From Parvibaculales bacterium (GTDB lineage: Bacteria; Pseudomonadota; Alphaproteobacteria; RS24), in the NCBI GenBank assembly GCA_049889915.1, contig JBMHCM010000063.1, positions 7,911-71,910 on the forward strand: DNA of 64,000 nucleotides, given 5' to 3'. The notes under the pieces are model-generated. The model made no database searches. It was given only the letters and a program-made list of their open reading frames with translations, and was not told where the DNA came from. The position numbers and the translations under genes are program-made. How positions within the stretch are numbered: position 1 is the first letter of the stretch; every line of letters starts with the position of its first letter. This document shows, piece by piece, positions 43,305 to 51,355 of the stretch.

Positions 43305-43994
43305 ATGGCCAGCCGACATAAGATTTTATTGGTCGAGGATGATGATAATTTGGTCGAGGTGCTCGACGAACAATTATCCTTGCATGATGAATTTGTGTTG
43401 GCCCGCGAAGAAACGGCGCGCGGCGCGCTCGATCGATTGGCGCAAGAAAATTTTGATTTGATCTTGATGGATGTTGGCTTGCCCGACCAAGACGGACGCG
43501 AGACATGCAAAAAATTGCGCGGCACCGGTCTGGCGACGCCGATCATTATGCTGACCGGTGCAGCCAGCGATGCCGATACGATTTTGGGCCTCGATGCCGG
43601 GGCCAATGATTACGTGACCAAGCCGTTTCGCTTTGGTGTCTTATTGGCCCGCATGCGGGCGCAATTGCGCCAACATCAAAATTCCGAAGCGGCGGAAATC
43701 ACCATCGGCCCGTATTTGTTTCGCCCGGCCACCAAAACGCTGGAGCCGCAAAGCGGTGGCGACAAGGTGCGGCTGACCGAAAAAGAAAGCAATATTTTGA
43801 AGTTTCTGCACCGCGCCGATGGCAGCGCGGTGGCGCGTGAGACATTGTTGCATGAAGTGTGGGGCTATAATGCGCAAGTCTCGACGCATACTTTGGAAAC
43901 GCATATTTATCGGCTGCGGCAAAAAATTGAGGCCGATCCGTCAGACGCCCAATTATTGCTGACCGAAGAAGGCGGCTATCGCCTCGCGCGGTGA
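43305..43994 (+). CDS. cenR: OmpR-family response regulator, CenR-like
   Basis: Receiver domain (EDD, D-VGLPD, KPF) plus winged helix ending THTLETHIYRLRQKIE; orphan next to the L,D-transpeptidase and yggS, the usual cenR context; RBS AAGGAG. Confidence 0.8.
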   Translation: MASRHKILLVEDDDNLVEVLDEQLSLHDEFVLAREETARGALDRLAQENFDLILMDVGLPDQDGRETCKKLRGTGLATPIIMLTGAASDADTILGLDAGANDYVTKPFRFGVLLARMRAQLRQHQNSEAAEITIGPYLFRPATKTLEPQSGGDKVRLTEKESNILKFLHRADGSAVARETLLHEVWGYNAQVSTHTLETHIYRLRQKIEADPSDAQLLLTEEGGYRLAR

Positions 43995-44024
43995 AACGCC
44001 GCGATTATCCCCGCCAGTTCAAAG

Positions 44025-44069
44025 CGGCCCAAAATGGGCCTCTTACCTATAACGGCCCAAAATGGGCCT
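44025..44069. repeat. Exact 17-bp direct repeat, each copy palindromic
   Basis: CGGCCCAAAATGGGCCT at 44025-44041 and 44053-44069. Confidence 0.9.
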
Positions 44070-44556
44070 GTGCCTGCGTATCGATCGGATAGCCTTCAGC
44101 ATAGGCGGGCGGCATGCGGCAGGCTTTGCCGGTTGAAATTTGCATGGCGGCAAAGCGCGTCACCCCGCTGGCCAGCGTGATGTCACGCTCGACCGATTGC
44201 ATGATAAAGCGGCGGCTCAGCCGCAGCCGCCCGTCATTTTCGACCAGCCAAGTGGCGATGGCGACCGTCTCATCGGGCAGGGCGGCGGCGTGATAATCCA
44301 ATTCGTGACGGACCACCACAAAGCCGCAATCATGGGTTTCAAAAGCGGCGAAATCAAAGCCCAATGCTTTTGAGTGGGCCCAGGCACAACGCGCCATCCA
44401 GCCCAAATAAACGACATTATTGACGTGTTTGAAGTCATCAATATCGCTTGGCTTGACGGCAATCGGCAAAATGAATTGCGGCGCCAGCGGCCATGACAGA
44501 CCGGCCAGACGCGCGTCGGATAAGGCTGCAAATGTATCAGAGAAAACACCAGACAT
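44047..44556 (-). CDS. 4HBT/YbgC-like acyl-CoA thioesterase
   Basis: DIDDFKHVNNVVY..W, FVVVRHELDY, hot-dog fold size. Confidence 0.88.
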   Translation of the reverse strand: MSGVFSDTFAALSDARLAGLSWPLAPQFILPIAVKPSDIDDFKHVNNVVYLGWMARCAWAHSKALGFDFAAFETHDCGFVVVRHELDYHAAALPDETVAIATWLVENDGRLRLSRRFIMQSVERDITLASGVTRFAAMQISTGKACRMPPAYAEGYPIDTQAQAHFGPL

Positions 44557-44671
44557 GAGCACACCCTAACCCGCTTATCTCGATGCGCCAAGTATGGCGT
44601 CTCCCCATGCAGTACCTTGAATTCACCGGCCAGTCTGCGTAGGCTTTCGCAAAACCAGTGGAGGCGTAAAA

Positions 44672-45196
44672 ATGGAACACAGCACAATCAATGTCAGCCT
44701 GTTGGGAACGGCGCGCGACACATATGTCACCGATCCGGCGCAATGGCCGCCCAATGTCAAAGCGGCGCATGAAAAGCCGTCCCCCAGCTCAGCTCATTTG
44801 GGGCTGGAATTATTGGCTGTCGACCAAGCGGCCGGACGGGTTGAGATGGCGTTCAATGCCGAACCGCATTTGTGCAATAAATGGGGCGGCATTCAGGGTG
44901 GCAATGTCGCCGCCATGTTGGATGATGCCATGGCATTTGCCATTGGCCTCAATCTCGATTGGGGACAAATTTCCCCGACCTTGGAATTGAAAGTATCGAT
45001 GATGGCACCGGCCCGGCCGGGGCGCATTTATGCCATTGGTCGGGTGGTGCGGCGCGGCCGGTCGGTCGGTTTTGTTGAAGGCGAATTATATGATGCTGAA
45101 GGCCGTCTCTTGGCCGCCGGCTCGTCGACGGCCAATTTTGTCACGCTGAAAAAGAAGCCAAGCGATAAAGCCGCAAGCGATAAAGGAGCCGCATGA
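44672..45196 (+). CDS. PaaI family thioesterase
   Basis: NKWGGIQGG..AAMLDDAM, TLELKVS...PARPG, VRRGRSV. Confidence 0.88.
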   Translation: MEHSTINVSLLGTARDTYVTDPAQWPPNVKAAHEKPSPSSAHLGLELLAVDQAAGRVEMAFNAEPHLCNKWGGIQGGNVAAMLDDAMAFAIGLNLDWGQISPTLELKVSMMAPARPGRIYAIGRVVRRGRSVGFVEGELYDAEGRLLAAGSSTANFVTLKKKPSDKAASDKGAA

Positions 45197-45786
45197 TGGC
45201 GCATCTCCCGATTGCAGATGAAGCTGCCTTGGCGGCCGTGCAAGATGAGTTGGCGCTGGCCGCCGCCGTTATGGGCTTCGAGGCCAATTCGCTGAAAATC
45301 ATGGCCCATCGGCCGGAAATCCTGCGCGGTTTTTTGGCCCTCTCGGCACCGATATTGGGCCCCGATGCCGCGCTTGACCCGGGCCTGCGGCAGATGATCG
45401 CTCATATTGCCAGCGCCGCCGCCGGTTGCGCCTATTGCCAAGCCCATACAGCGCATGGGGCGGCTCATCGCGGCGTCGAGAGCGAAAAAATTGACGCGCT
45501 GTGGTCTTACGAAACCAGCCCCCTTTTCTCGGATGCGGAGCGCGCCGCCCTGGCTTTGGCGCAAGCTTCCGCCAGCCACCCCAATCAGGCCACGCAGGCA
45601 CATTTTGACGCTTTGCAGCCGCATTTCAGCCATTCTGAGCAGGCTGAGATTGTCGCCGTCATTGCCCTGTTCGGCTTCCTCAATCGCTGGAATGACACAT
45701 TGGCCACGACACTGGAGGACAGTCCGCTGGCCTTTGCCGAAGCGCATTTGGCACCGCGCGGCTGGAAATCTGACCGTCACAAATAA
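45193..45786 (+). CDS. Carboxymuconolactone decarboxylase / AhpD-like peroxidase-related protein
   Basis: MAHRPE, GCAYCQAH, FSDAERAAL, FGFLNRWNDT; RBS AAGGAG. Confidence 0.88.
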   Translation: MMAHLPIADEAALAAVQDELALAAAVMGFEANSLKIMAHRPEILRGFLALSAPILGPDAALDPGLRQMIAHIASAAAGCAYCQAHTAHGAAHRGVESEKIDALWSYETSPLFSDAERAALALAQASASHPNQATQAHFDALQPHFSHSEQAEIVAVIALFGFLNRWNDTLATTLEDSPLAFAEAHLAPRGWKSDRHK

Positions 45787-45796
45787 TATTAGGGGC

Positions 45797-47122
45797 ATGA
45801 CCGAGACAATTGGCGGTAGCCCCAAACCGATAGCGACACAAAATGCACAGCATAAGTCGCAGCATAAGTCGCACCATAAATCACAGTGGCGCCTCAACCA
45901 GGTAACCGATGAGCTGAATGCGCGCCCGTTTCCGCGCTTTGGCTTACCGACAGCGATTTTTCGCCTGTGCCTGTCGGGCGATGGCGGATTTGCTTCACTG
46001 CAAAACATTTTGGCGACGCATTTGCCCGAATTGGACTGGCAAGACGCAGCGGCCAATCGGCTGATGCGCGGTCGCCGTGATGCGGTGCAATATAATATTG
46101 AGCGGCACACGGAATTCGTGTCGCTGACATTAATCGATGAAACCCCGGACGGGGCCGGGCAATCGGCGGCGCGGCACTTGCCCGATGAGTGGCTGAGCGC
46201 CATTGACGCTGAAATTGTTGTGGCGGTAGATTGCCAATGCAGCGCCCGCGGCGCGGCCCGCGAAAGCTGGACCTGCGCCAGTCGCCTTGAGGGCGGTTTG
46301 GTCGATGCGTATTTCGATTTCAAAATCGCCGAGGATGGGCATACGAAAATTGCCTTGGATTTCGCCGCCGAGGCCGATATGCGCGACATTGGCCGTATCG
46401 CCCTGCAAGTGGTGGAGATTGAAACCTATCGCTCATTTGCCGCTTTGGGTTTGCCGCAGGCGCGCAGCACCCAAGCGCGGCTGGTCGATATTGCCAATCG
46501 GGTGCCGGCCGATGGCGAAGCGCTGTTGACCGATGACAGCGCCGGCGATGCGGCGGCGGCCAAACGCTTTGCCAGCCTCAGCGGTCTGGCCGGTGAGTTG
46601 GAGACCATTTGGCGCGAAACCTCGTTCCGCTTTTCGGCTTGTGAGGCCTATTGGGCCTTGGTGCAAGCGCGCTTGGCGTCGCTGCAAGAAACCGCTTTGG
46701 ACAATCGCATTACCGTCGGTGGGTTCTTGCAACGCCGCCTGTCACCGGCCATTGCCACTTATGTCTCGACCGAAAAACGCCGCCATGATTTGGCCGACCA
46801 AGTGGGCAATATGACCTCGCTTTTGCAAACCCGTATTGAATTGGGCTTGCAGCGGCAAAATGCCGATTTGCTGGCCTCGCTCAATCAAGCGGCGGCGCGG
46901 CAATTGCGCTTACAGCACACGGTGGAAGGCGTCTCGACCGTGGCGATTTCTTATTATCTGGTCAATTTGCTGGGCTATCCGTTGGATTGGGCATTGGCCA
47001 ATCTGCCGCCGGCCCTGGCGACGTTGAACCCGCTCGTGGCGCAATCCGCTTTGGTGGCCATCACCGTGCCGTTGGTTTGGGTCAGCATTCGCCGCCTGTT
47101 ACGCGCCAGCATCGACCGGTAA
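45797..47122 (+). CDS. DUF3422 family membrane-anchored protein
   Basis: ELNARP, ERHTEF, EIETYR, FLQRRL.PA, QLRLQHTVEGVS..AISYY, two C-terminal TM helices. Confidence 0.85.
   Translation: MTETIGGSPKPIATQNAQHKSQHKSHHKSQWRLNQVTDELNARPFPRFGLPTAIFRLCLSGDGGFASLQNILATHLPELDWQDAAANRLMRGRRDAVQYNIERHTEFVSLTLIDETPDGAGQSAARHLPDEWLSAIDAEIVVAVDCQCSARGAARESWTCASRLEGGLVDAYFDFKIAEDGHTKIALDFAAEADMRDIGRIALQVVEIETYRSFAALGLPQARSTQARLVDIANRVPADGEALLTDDSAGDAAAAKRFASLSGLAGELETIWRETSFRFSACEAYWALVQARLASLQETALDNRITVGGFLQRRLSPAIATYVSTEKRRHDLADQVGNMTSLLQTRIELGLQRQNADLLASLNQAAARQLRLQHTVEGVSTVAISYYLVNLLGYPLDWALANLPPALATLNPLVAQSALVAITVPLVWVSIRRLLRASIDR
45848..45883 (+). repeat. 12-bp in-frame tandem repeat x3 (QHKS-QHKS-HHKS)
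   Basis: cagcataagtcg / cagcataagtcg / caccataaatca. Confidence 0.85.
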
Positions 47123-47157
47123 ACGCCTCACTTGCGGGCCGGTCATTCGGCTGCAGC

Positions 47158-47184
47158 AAAAAGGCCGCCCCAGCGGACGGCCTT
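47158..47184 (-). terminator. Intrinsic terminator after the small lipoprotein gene
   Basis: Minus strand AAGGCCGTCC-gctg-GGGCGGCCTT-TTT. Confidence 0.7.
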
Positions 47185-47215
47185 CTCAAGACTTGTCTGT
47201 TCTGCTTTGGGGCGC

Positions 47216-47509
47216 TTATTTGCAATAATAAGTGACGGTTTTGGTCGATTTACCAAAACTGCCAATGCCGCTGCCGCTTGATTTCGTGCTGCGCGGCACG
47301 TGGCCGTTCGGGCATGCGGCGCGCATTTTCTCTTCGCACTCATCGGTGCTGAACGGGCCCAGCTTGATGTTCGAGCAAGTCACTTCTTTCAGCTCAACGC
47401 CTTCCGGTACCGGCGGCGCCAGTTTGTTCAGCAGGTTTTCAGCAGATGAGGCGCAGGCCGATACGGACAAGGCGGCGGCCAGCGCAAACACGATAGATTT
47501 ATTTATCAC
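47216..47509 (-). CDS. Small cysteine-containing lipoprotein of unknown function (97 aa)
   Basis: GAGGA RBS then GTG; signal peptide with lipobox VSAC; four further Cys; own terminator. Confidence 0.7.
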   Translation of the reverse strand: MINKSIVFALAAALSVSACASSAENLLNKLAPPVPEGVELKEVTCSNIKLGPFSTDECEEKMRAACPNGHVPRSTKSSGSGIGSFGKSTKTVTYYCK

Positions 47510-47610
47510 AATTTCCTCAAAGATATGTTTTACACGAGCTATTGATAAGGCGCGTTTGGTGCGCGCGCAATACAGCAAAGGGACAAACACATATTTGGGG
47601 GAAGGTTTTC

Positions 47611-47685
47611 TGGAGCGGGCTATGAGATTCGAACTCACGACCCCAACCTTGGCAAGGTTGTGCTCTACCCCTGAGCTACGCCCGC
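47611..47685 (-). tRNA. tRNA-Gly(GCC)
   Basis: GCGGGCGTAGCTCAGGGGTAGAGCACAACCTTGCCAAGGTTGGGGTCGTGAGTTCGAATCTCATAGCCCGCTCCA: cloverleaf, GCC anticodon, U73, encoded CCA. Confidence 0.97.
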
Positions 47686-47730
47686 ATCACAGAAACGATG
47701 TCGCGGCCAAACGGCCAAGCAACAGGCCGT

Positions 47731-47760
47731 GTTATAGCCATAATGAGACGGCTTTGACAA
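47731..47760 (-). promoter_or_regulatory. Putative sigma70 promoter of tRNA-Gly
   Basis: Minus strand TTGTCA-N18-TATAAC. Confidence 0.55.
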
Positions 47761-47843
47761 GATGCCGGTTAATTATTTTGCCGATTATTTTTGCCACCGA
47801 TTATTTCCCCGTTTTATTTCCGATGAACCGCGGCGATTTGGGG

Positions 47844-47872
47844 CTTGGCAAATGCCCGTCGACACCCCATTT
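47844..47872 (+). promoter_or_regulatory. Putative RpoH promoter of the cnoX operon
   Basis: CTTG-N18-CCCATTT, same spacing as the dnaK and grpE promoters. Confidence 0.6.
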
Positions 47873-47898
47873 TAGGGGCTAGAGAGATAGGAAAAATC

Positions 47899-48837
47899 AT
47901 GCAAGACATGCCGCCGCTTGGCGACCCGATAGCTGCCCCGCAGGCCGGTGCCGCCCCCACTGATGCGATCGTCGATGTGACCATGGAAAATTTCATGGCC
48001 GAGGTGATTGAGGCCTCGCAAGGCCACTTGGTGCTGCTTGACCTATGGGCGCCATGGTGCGGCCCGTGCAAGCAATTGACACCCAGCCTTGAAAAACTGG
48101 TCGGCCAATCAAATGGCGCGGTGCGGCTGGCCAAGATGAATATTGACGAGCATCCGGAAGTGGCGCAGCAAATGCAGGTGCAATCAATCCCGGCCGTGTT
48201 CGCCTTTAAGGGTGGCCGTCCGGTCGACGGCTTTATGGGCGCGCTGCCGGAGAGCGAACTGAAGGCATTTATTGACAAACATATGGATGGCGATTTGGGC
48301 CCGTCTGCCGCCGAGGCCCTTTTAGAAACGGCGGCCGAAATGTTGGCAGCCGGTCGATTGGATGACGCGGTGGAATGCTATCAAGCGGCGCTAGAACAAG
48401 AGCCGGAAAATCTCTCGGCGTTGGCCGGGCTGGCGCAAAGCCGCTTGGCACAGGGCGATGTGGCGGCGGCGGCTGATGTGCTGGCCGCTGCACCGGACAC
48501 CAATCATGCCGATTTGGCGGCCGCCAAAGCGGCTCTGGCTTTGGCCGAAAAAACCGCCGCCAATAGCGCCGGCGATGCTGAAAGCGAGGCCTTGCAGGCG
48601 ACCATTGAGGCGGAGCCGAATAATCATCAAGCGCGGTTTGATTTGGCGCTTGCCCATCACGCGGCCGGTCGTCCCGCGCAAGCCATGGACACCTTGCTCG
48701 ACAGCATTGCGTTAAAGCGCGATTGGAATGATGAAGCGGCGCGTAAACAATTGCTGGAATTATTCGACGCCTATGGGGCGGGAGATGAGCTGGTGGTGGC
48801 TGCGCGCAAACGTCTGTCTTCCATTTTGTTCAGTTAG
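47899..48837 (+). CDS. cnoX: Chaperedoxin CnoX/YbbN (thioredoxin plus TPR)
   Basis: WAPWCGPCKQL, QSIPAV, TPR helices, C-terminal RKRLSSILFS. Confidence 0.9.
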   Translation: MQDMPPLGDPIAAPQAGAAPTDAIVDVTMENFMAEVIEASQGHLVLLDLWAPWCGPCKQLTPSLEKLVGQSNGAVRLAKMNIDEHPEVAQQMQVQSIPAVFAFKGGRPVDGFMGALPESELKAFIDKHMDGDLGPSAAEALLETAAEMLAAGRLDDAVECYQAALEQEPENLSALAGLAQSRLAQGDVAAAADVLAAAPDTNHADLAAAKAALALAEKTAANSAGDAESEALQATIEAEPNNHQARFDLALAHHAAGRPAQAMDTLLDSIALKRDWNDEAARKQLLELFDAYGAGDELVVAARKRLSSILFS

Positions 48838-48846
48838 GAGGCAGTG

Positions 48847-49509
48847 ATGCCGCACGCATATGACACGATTGACAGCCTGCCGGACCATATTCCGGTGTTT
48901 CCGCTCGACGGCGTTTTGTTGCTGCCGCGCGGCCATGTGCCGTTAAATATTTTTGAGCCGCGCTATCTCGACATGTTTGAGGATGCGCTGGGCCGCGGCC
49001 GGTTTATCGGTCTCATTCAACCAGTCGATGAGGCCACACCGCCCGGCTTGGCCAAGGTCGGCTGTCTGGGCCGCATCAGCTCGTTCAGCGAAACCGATGA
49101 TGGGCGAATGATTGTCTCGCTGACCGGCGTGGCACGTTTTGCCGTGGCGCAAGAGCTTGATGTGATGACACCCTATCGGCAAGTGCTGGCCGATTATCGC
49201 GCTTATGAAAGCGATATGATCGCCGATATTGGCGGGCTGGATGTCAATCGTGACGGCGTGTTGGATGTGCTGAAACGCTATCTCGATTTGAACGGCATGC
49301 AGGCCGATTGGGAAGCCATTGAGGCGTCGGGTAATGAGGCGCTGGTCAATTCATTGTGCATTATCAGCCCCTATGGCGCACAGGAAAAACAAGCCATGTT
49401 GGAAGCAACCAGCTTGGCCGAGCGGGCTGAAATTCTCATTGCCCTGACGGAAATGGTGCTTGCACAGGCCAACCAAAGTTCCGGCGCCAATGACAATGCG
49501 ATGCAATAG
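48847..49509 (+). CDS. LON peptidase substrate-binding domain protein
   Basis: [38 protein letters not shown]. Confidence 0.92.
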   Translation: MPHAYDTIDSLPDHIPVFPLDGVLLLPRGHVPLNIFEPRYLDMFEDALGRGRFIGLIQPVDEATPPGLAKVGCLGRISSFSETDDGRMIVSLTGVARFAVAQELDVMTPYRQVLADYRAYESDMIADIGGLDVNRDGVLDVLKRYLDLNGMQADWEAIEASGNEALVNSLCIISPYGAQEKQAMLEATSLAERAEILIALTEMVLAQANQSSGANDNAMQ

Positions 49510-49532
49510 TCGCGGCCGCAAAAGTTAGGGAG

Positions 49533-49733
49533 ATGAGCATGGGTGGTGAGACGCCAAAACGCAAACTCGATCCGGCGATTTTGGAATTGCTGGTCTGTCC
49601 GGTCAGCCATGGCCCGCTGAGCTATGACGAAGCGGCTGATGAGCTGATTTCAAAAGAGGCCAAGCTGGCTTATCCGGTACGTGACGGCATTCCCATCATG
49701 TTGCCCGACGAAGCCCGCGCGCTGGATAAATAG
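49533..49733 (+). CDS. Trm112-like protein (YcaR/UPF0434)
   Basis: [29 protein letters not shown]. Confidence 0.93.
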   Translation: MSMGGETPKRKLDPAILELLVCPVSHGPLSYDEAADELISKEAKLAYPVRDGIPIMLPDEARALDK

Positions 49734-49755
49734 CAAATAGATAATTGAAATCCGC

Positions 49756-51069
49756 TTAAGCGGTAAAGCTGCGGCCGCGTAAAAGCCGCGGGGCCGGCTC
49801 GGCGGCGTCACCTTGGCGACCGTCGGCAGCGGCTTGAACCAGCCGGCGTAATTTTGGTTGGCGTTCTTGTAGCGCCGCCATCGCCGTCAGGCCAAACCCG
49901 CCAAGCATCGGCAAGGTTTTAAACAGACCGTTCAGGCCATGGGTGGCGGTCGCCATATCGCTGGCGGCGCGCCGGCGGCAGGATGCATAAGTGCCCAGCA
50001 TAGTGGCATCGCCGAACGGCAGGCCGATTTGTTGCGTGTCATATAAGGTGTCAGCCAATTGCGCGGCATCGCGCAAGGTTAAATTAAACCCCTGCCCGGC
50101 CAGCGGGTGCACCACATGGGCCGCTTCGCCGAGCAAGACCACACCGTCTTCGACAAAGTTTTCCGCTAATTGCAAATGCAAGGCCTGTTGGGCCAGCGGG
50201 CCGACCGGCTGCAATTGCCCGAAGCGGTCTTGCGTGGCAGCTTGCAATTCATGGCTCAAAATTGCGGCCGGCACGCGGGCCAGCGCATCGGCACGGGCTT
50301 GCGGCAGGCTCCAAACCAATGCCATTTGATGGGTGTCGGGCAGGGGCAACAGCGCCAATGGCCCGGTGGGCAGGAATATTTGCTGCGCCATTTGGCCGTG
50401 CGGCAGGCTTGACTGCAAGCGACCGACCAGCGCCGCCGCATGATAATCATGTGCCAAAGGCTGCGCCGCCCGCCGCGCCCGCCATGGCGGGGCGCTGCGT
50501 TGTGTATCGACCAAAAGGCTAAACGGCATCACCGTGCCATCGGCCAATTGTGCTTGGCCCGGCTGTCCGGCCGCTTGCGGCAGTTCGGCATCGACCAAAC
50601 GGTCAGCACAAAGCGCCAGCTCATTGTCGGCCAGTGCCGCCTCAAGCGTCGCCTGCAAAGCCCGTGATAAAGCGGCCAAGCTGACAATATCGGCCAGACT
50701 TTCGGCTTGTTTCACAGTTTCATTCGTGTCGGCATTATCGGTGTCGGCGTCTCGATCGGCACCCAGATTAGGAGAGGGGGCAAAAGCCAGTTCCGCCGCG
50801 CCAATGCTTGCTTTGTCGGCGCCATATACCTGCATATCATGCACCGGCGCGGTCGGCTTATCGAGCCGCTGCCAAACGCCGAGGCTTTCCAGCATCAGTC
50901 GCGATGACGGGCTTAAAGCAAGCACGCTTTGCCAGTCATCTTGCGGCTGAAACGGCGCTGCGGGTGGCGCCAATACCACGGGCAAACCGGCCGCCGCCAA
51001 GGCCAAAGCGGTAACAATCGCGCTATTGCCGCTGCCATTGATCAAAATAGGCGTGCTGTGCTGTGTCAT
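49756..51069 (-). CDS. UbiH/UbiL/COQ6-family FAD-dependent hydroxylase
   Basis: LALS, A.QIFLPTGPLALLPL, LVWS, LGEAAHVVHPLAGQGFNLTLRD; usual position after Trm112. Confidence 0.82.
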   Translation of the reverse strand: MTQHSTPILINGSGNSAIVTALALAAAGLPVVLAPPAAPFQPQDDWQSVLALSPSSRLMLESLGVWQRLDKPTAPVHDMQVYGADKASIGAAELAFAPSPNLGADRDADTDNADTNETVKQAESLADIVSLAALSRALQATLEAALADNELALCADRLVDAELPQAAGQPGQAQLADGTVMPFSLLVDTQRSAPPWRARRAAQPLAHDYHAAALVGRLQSSLPHGQMAQQIFLPTGPLALLPLPDTHQMALVWSLPQARADALARVPAAILSHELQAATQDRFGQLQPVGPLAQQALHLQLAENFVEDGVVLLGEAAHVVHPLAGQGFNLTLRDAAQLADTLYDTQQIGLPFGDATMLGTYASCRRRAASDMATATHGLNGLFKTLPMLGGFGLTAMAALQERQPKLRRLVQAAADGRQGDAAEPAPRLLRGRSFTA

Positions 51070-51099
51070 GCGGCGACACTGCCCGAAATGCGGCGCCCC

Positions 51100-51147
51100 G
51101 TCTAGAGAGAAGTCTAGAGAGAAGTCTGCGGGGAAGTCTGGGGGGAA
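51100..51147. repeat. 12-bp tandem repeat x4 between the ubi gene and amt
   Basis: gtctagagagaa / gtctagagagaa / gtctgcggggaa / gtctggggggaa. Confidence 0.88.
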
Positions 51148-51202
51148 GCCTCGCGGGGGCGTTAAATCGTCTGCATGGTGCCGGGGCAGTTATCATTCGA
51201 AA

Positions 51203-51249
51203 TGCCCAAAATTTAGCCATTGTTGCGGCGGCAGATTAAAAATTAGGCA
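51203..51249. promoter_or_regulatory. Tandem NtrC-like enhancer sites
   Basis: TGCCCAAAATTTAGCCA (51203-51219) and AGATTAAAAATTAGGCA (51233-51249), 30 bp apart, upstream of a sigma54 site. Confidence 0.65.
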
Positions 51250-51310
51250 CAAAGCCTGTTTTGCCCGATGTTTTTCGGGATGTGTGGCGGTCTCCGCCCA
51301 CATCTTTATT

Positions 51311-51326
51311 TGGCACGCAAATTGCA
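51311..51326 (+). promoter_or_regulatory. Sigma54 (-24/-12) promoter of amt
   Basis: TGGCAC-gcaaa-TTGCA, a consensus match. Confidence 0.88.
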
Positions 51327-51355
51327 TAAATGCAGCGATTTATATAGGGGTTATC

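Noticed and set aside
44005-44013. Isolated TTATCCCCG matching the oriC box variant
   Set aside because: A single 9-mer with no supporting context can occur by chance.
45028-46389. 453-aa antisense ORF, and similar long shadow ORFs (39863-40837, 9719-10708, 37079-37936, 51737-52537)
   Set aside because: They lie opposite well-supported genes and have no motifs; such ORFs are expected in GC-rich coding DNA.
43995-47610. Integrated genomic island or prophage at tRNA-Gly
   Set aside because: No integrase, transposase or phage gene, and I found no duplicate of the tRNA 3' end; kept only as an accessory block.
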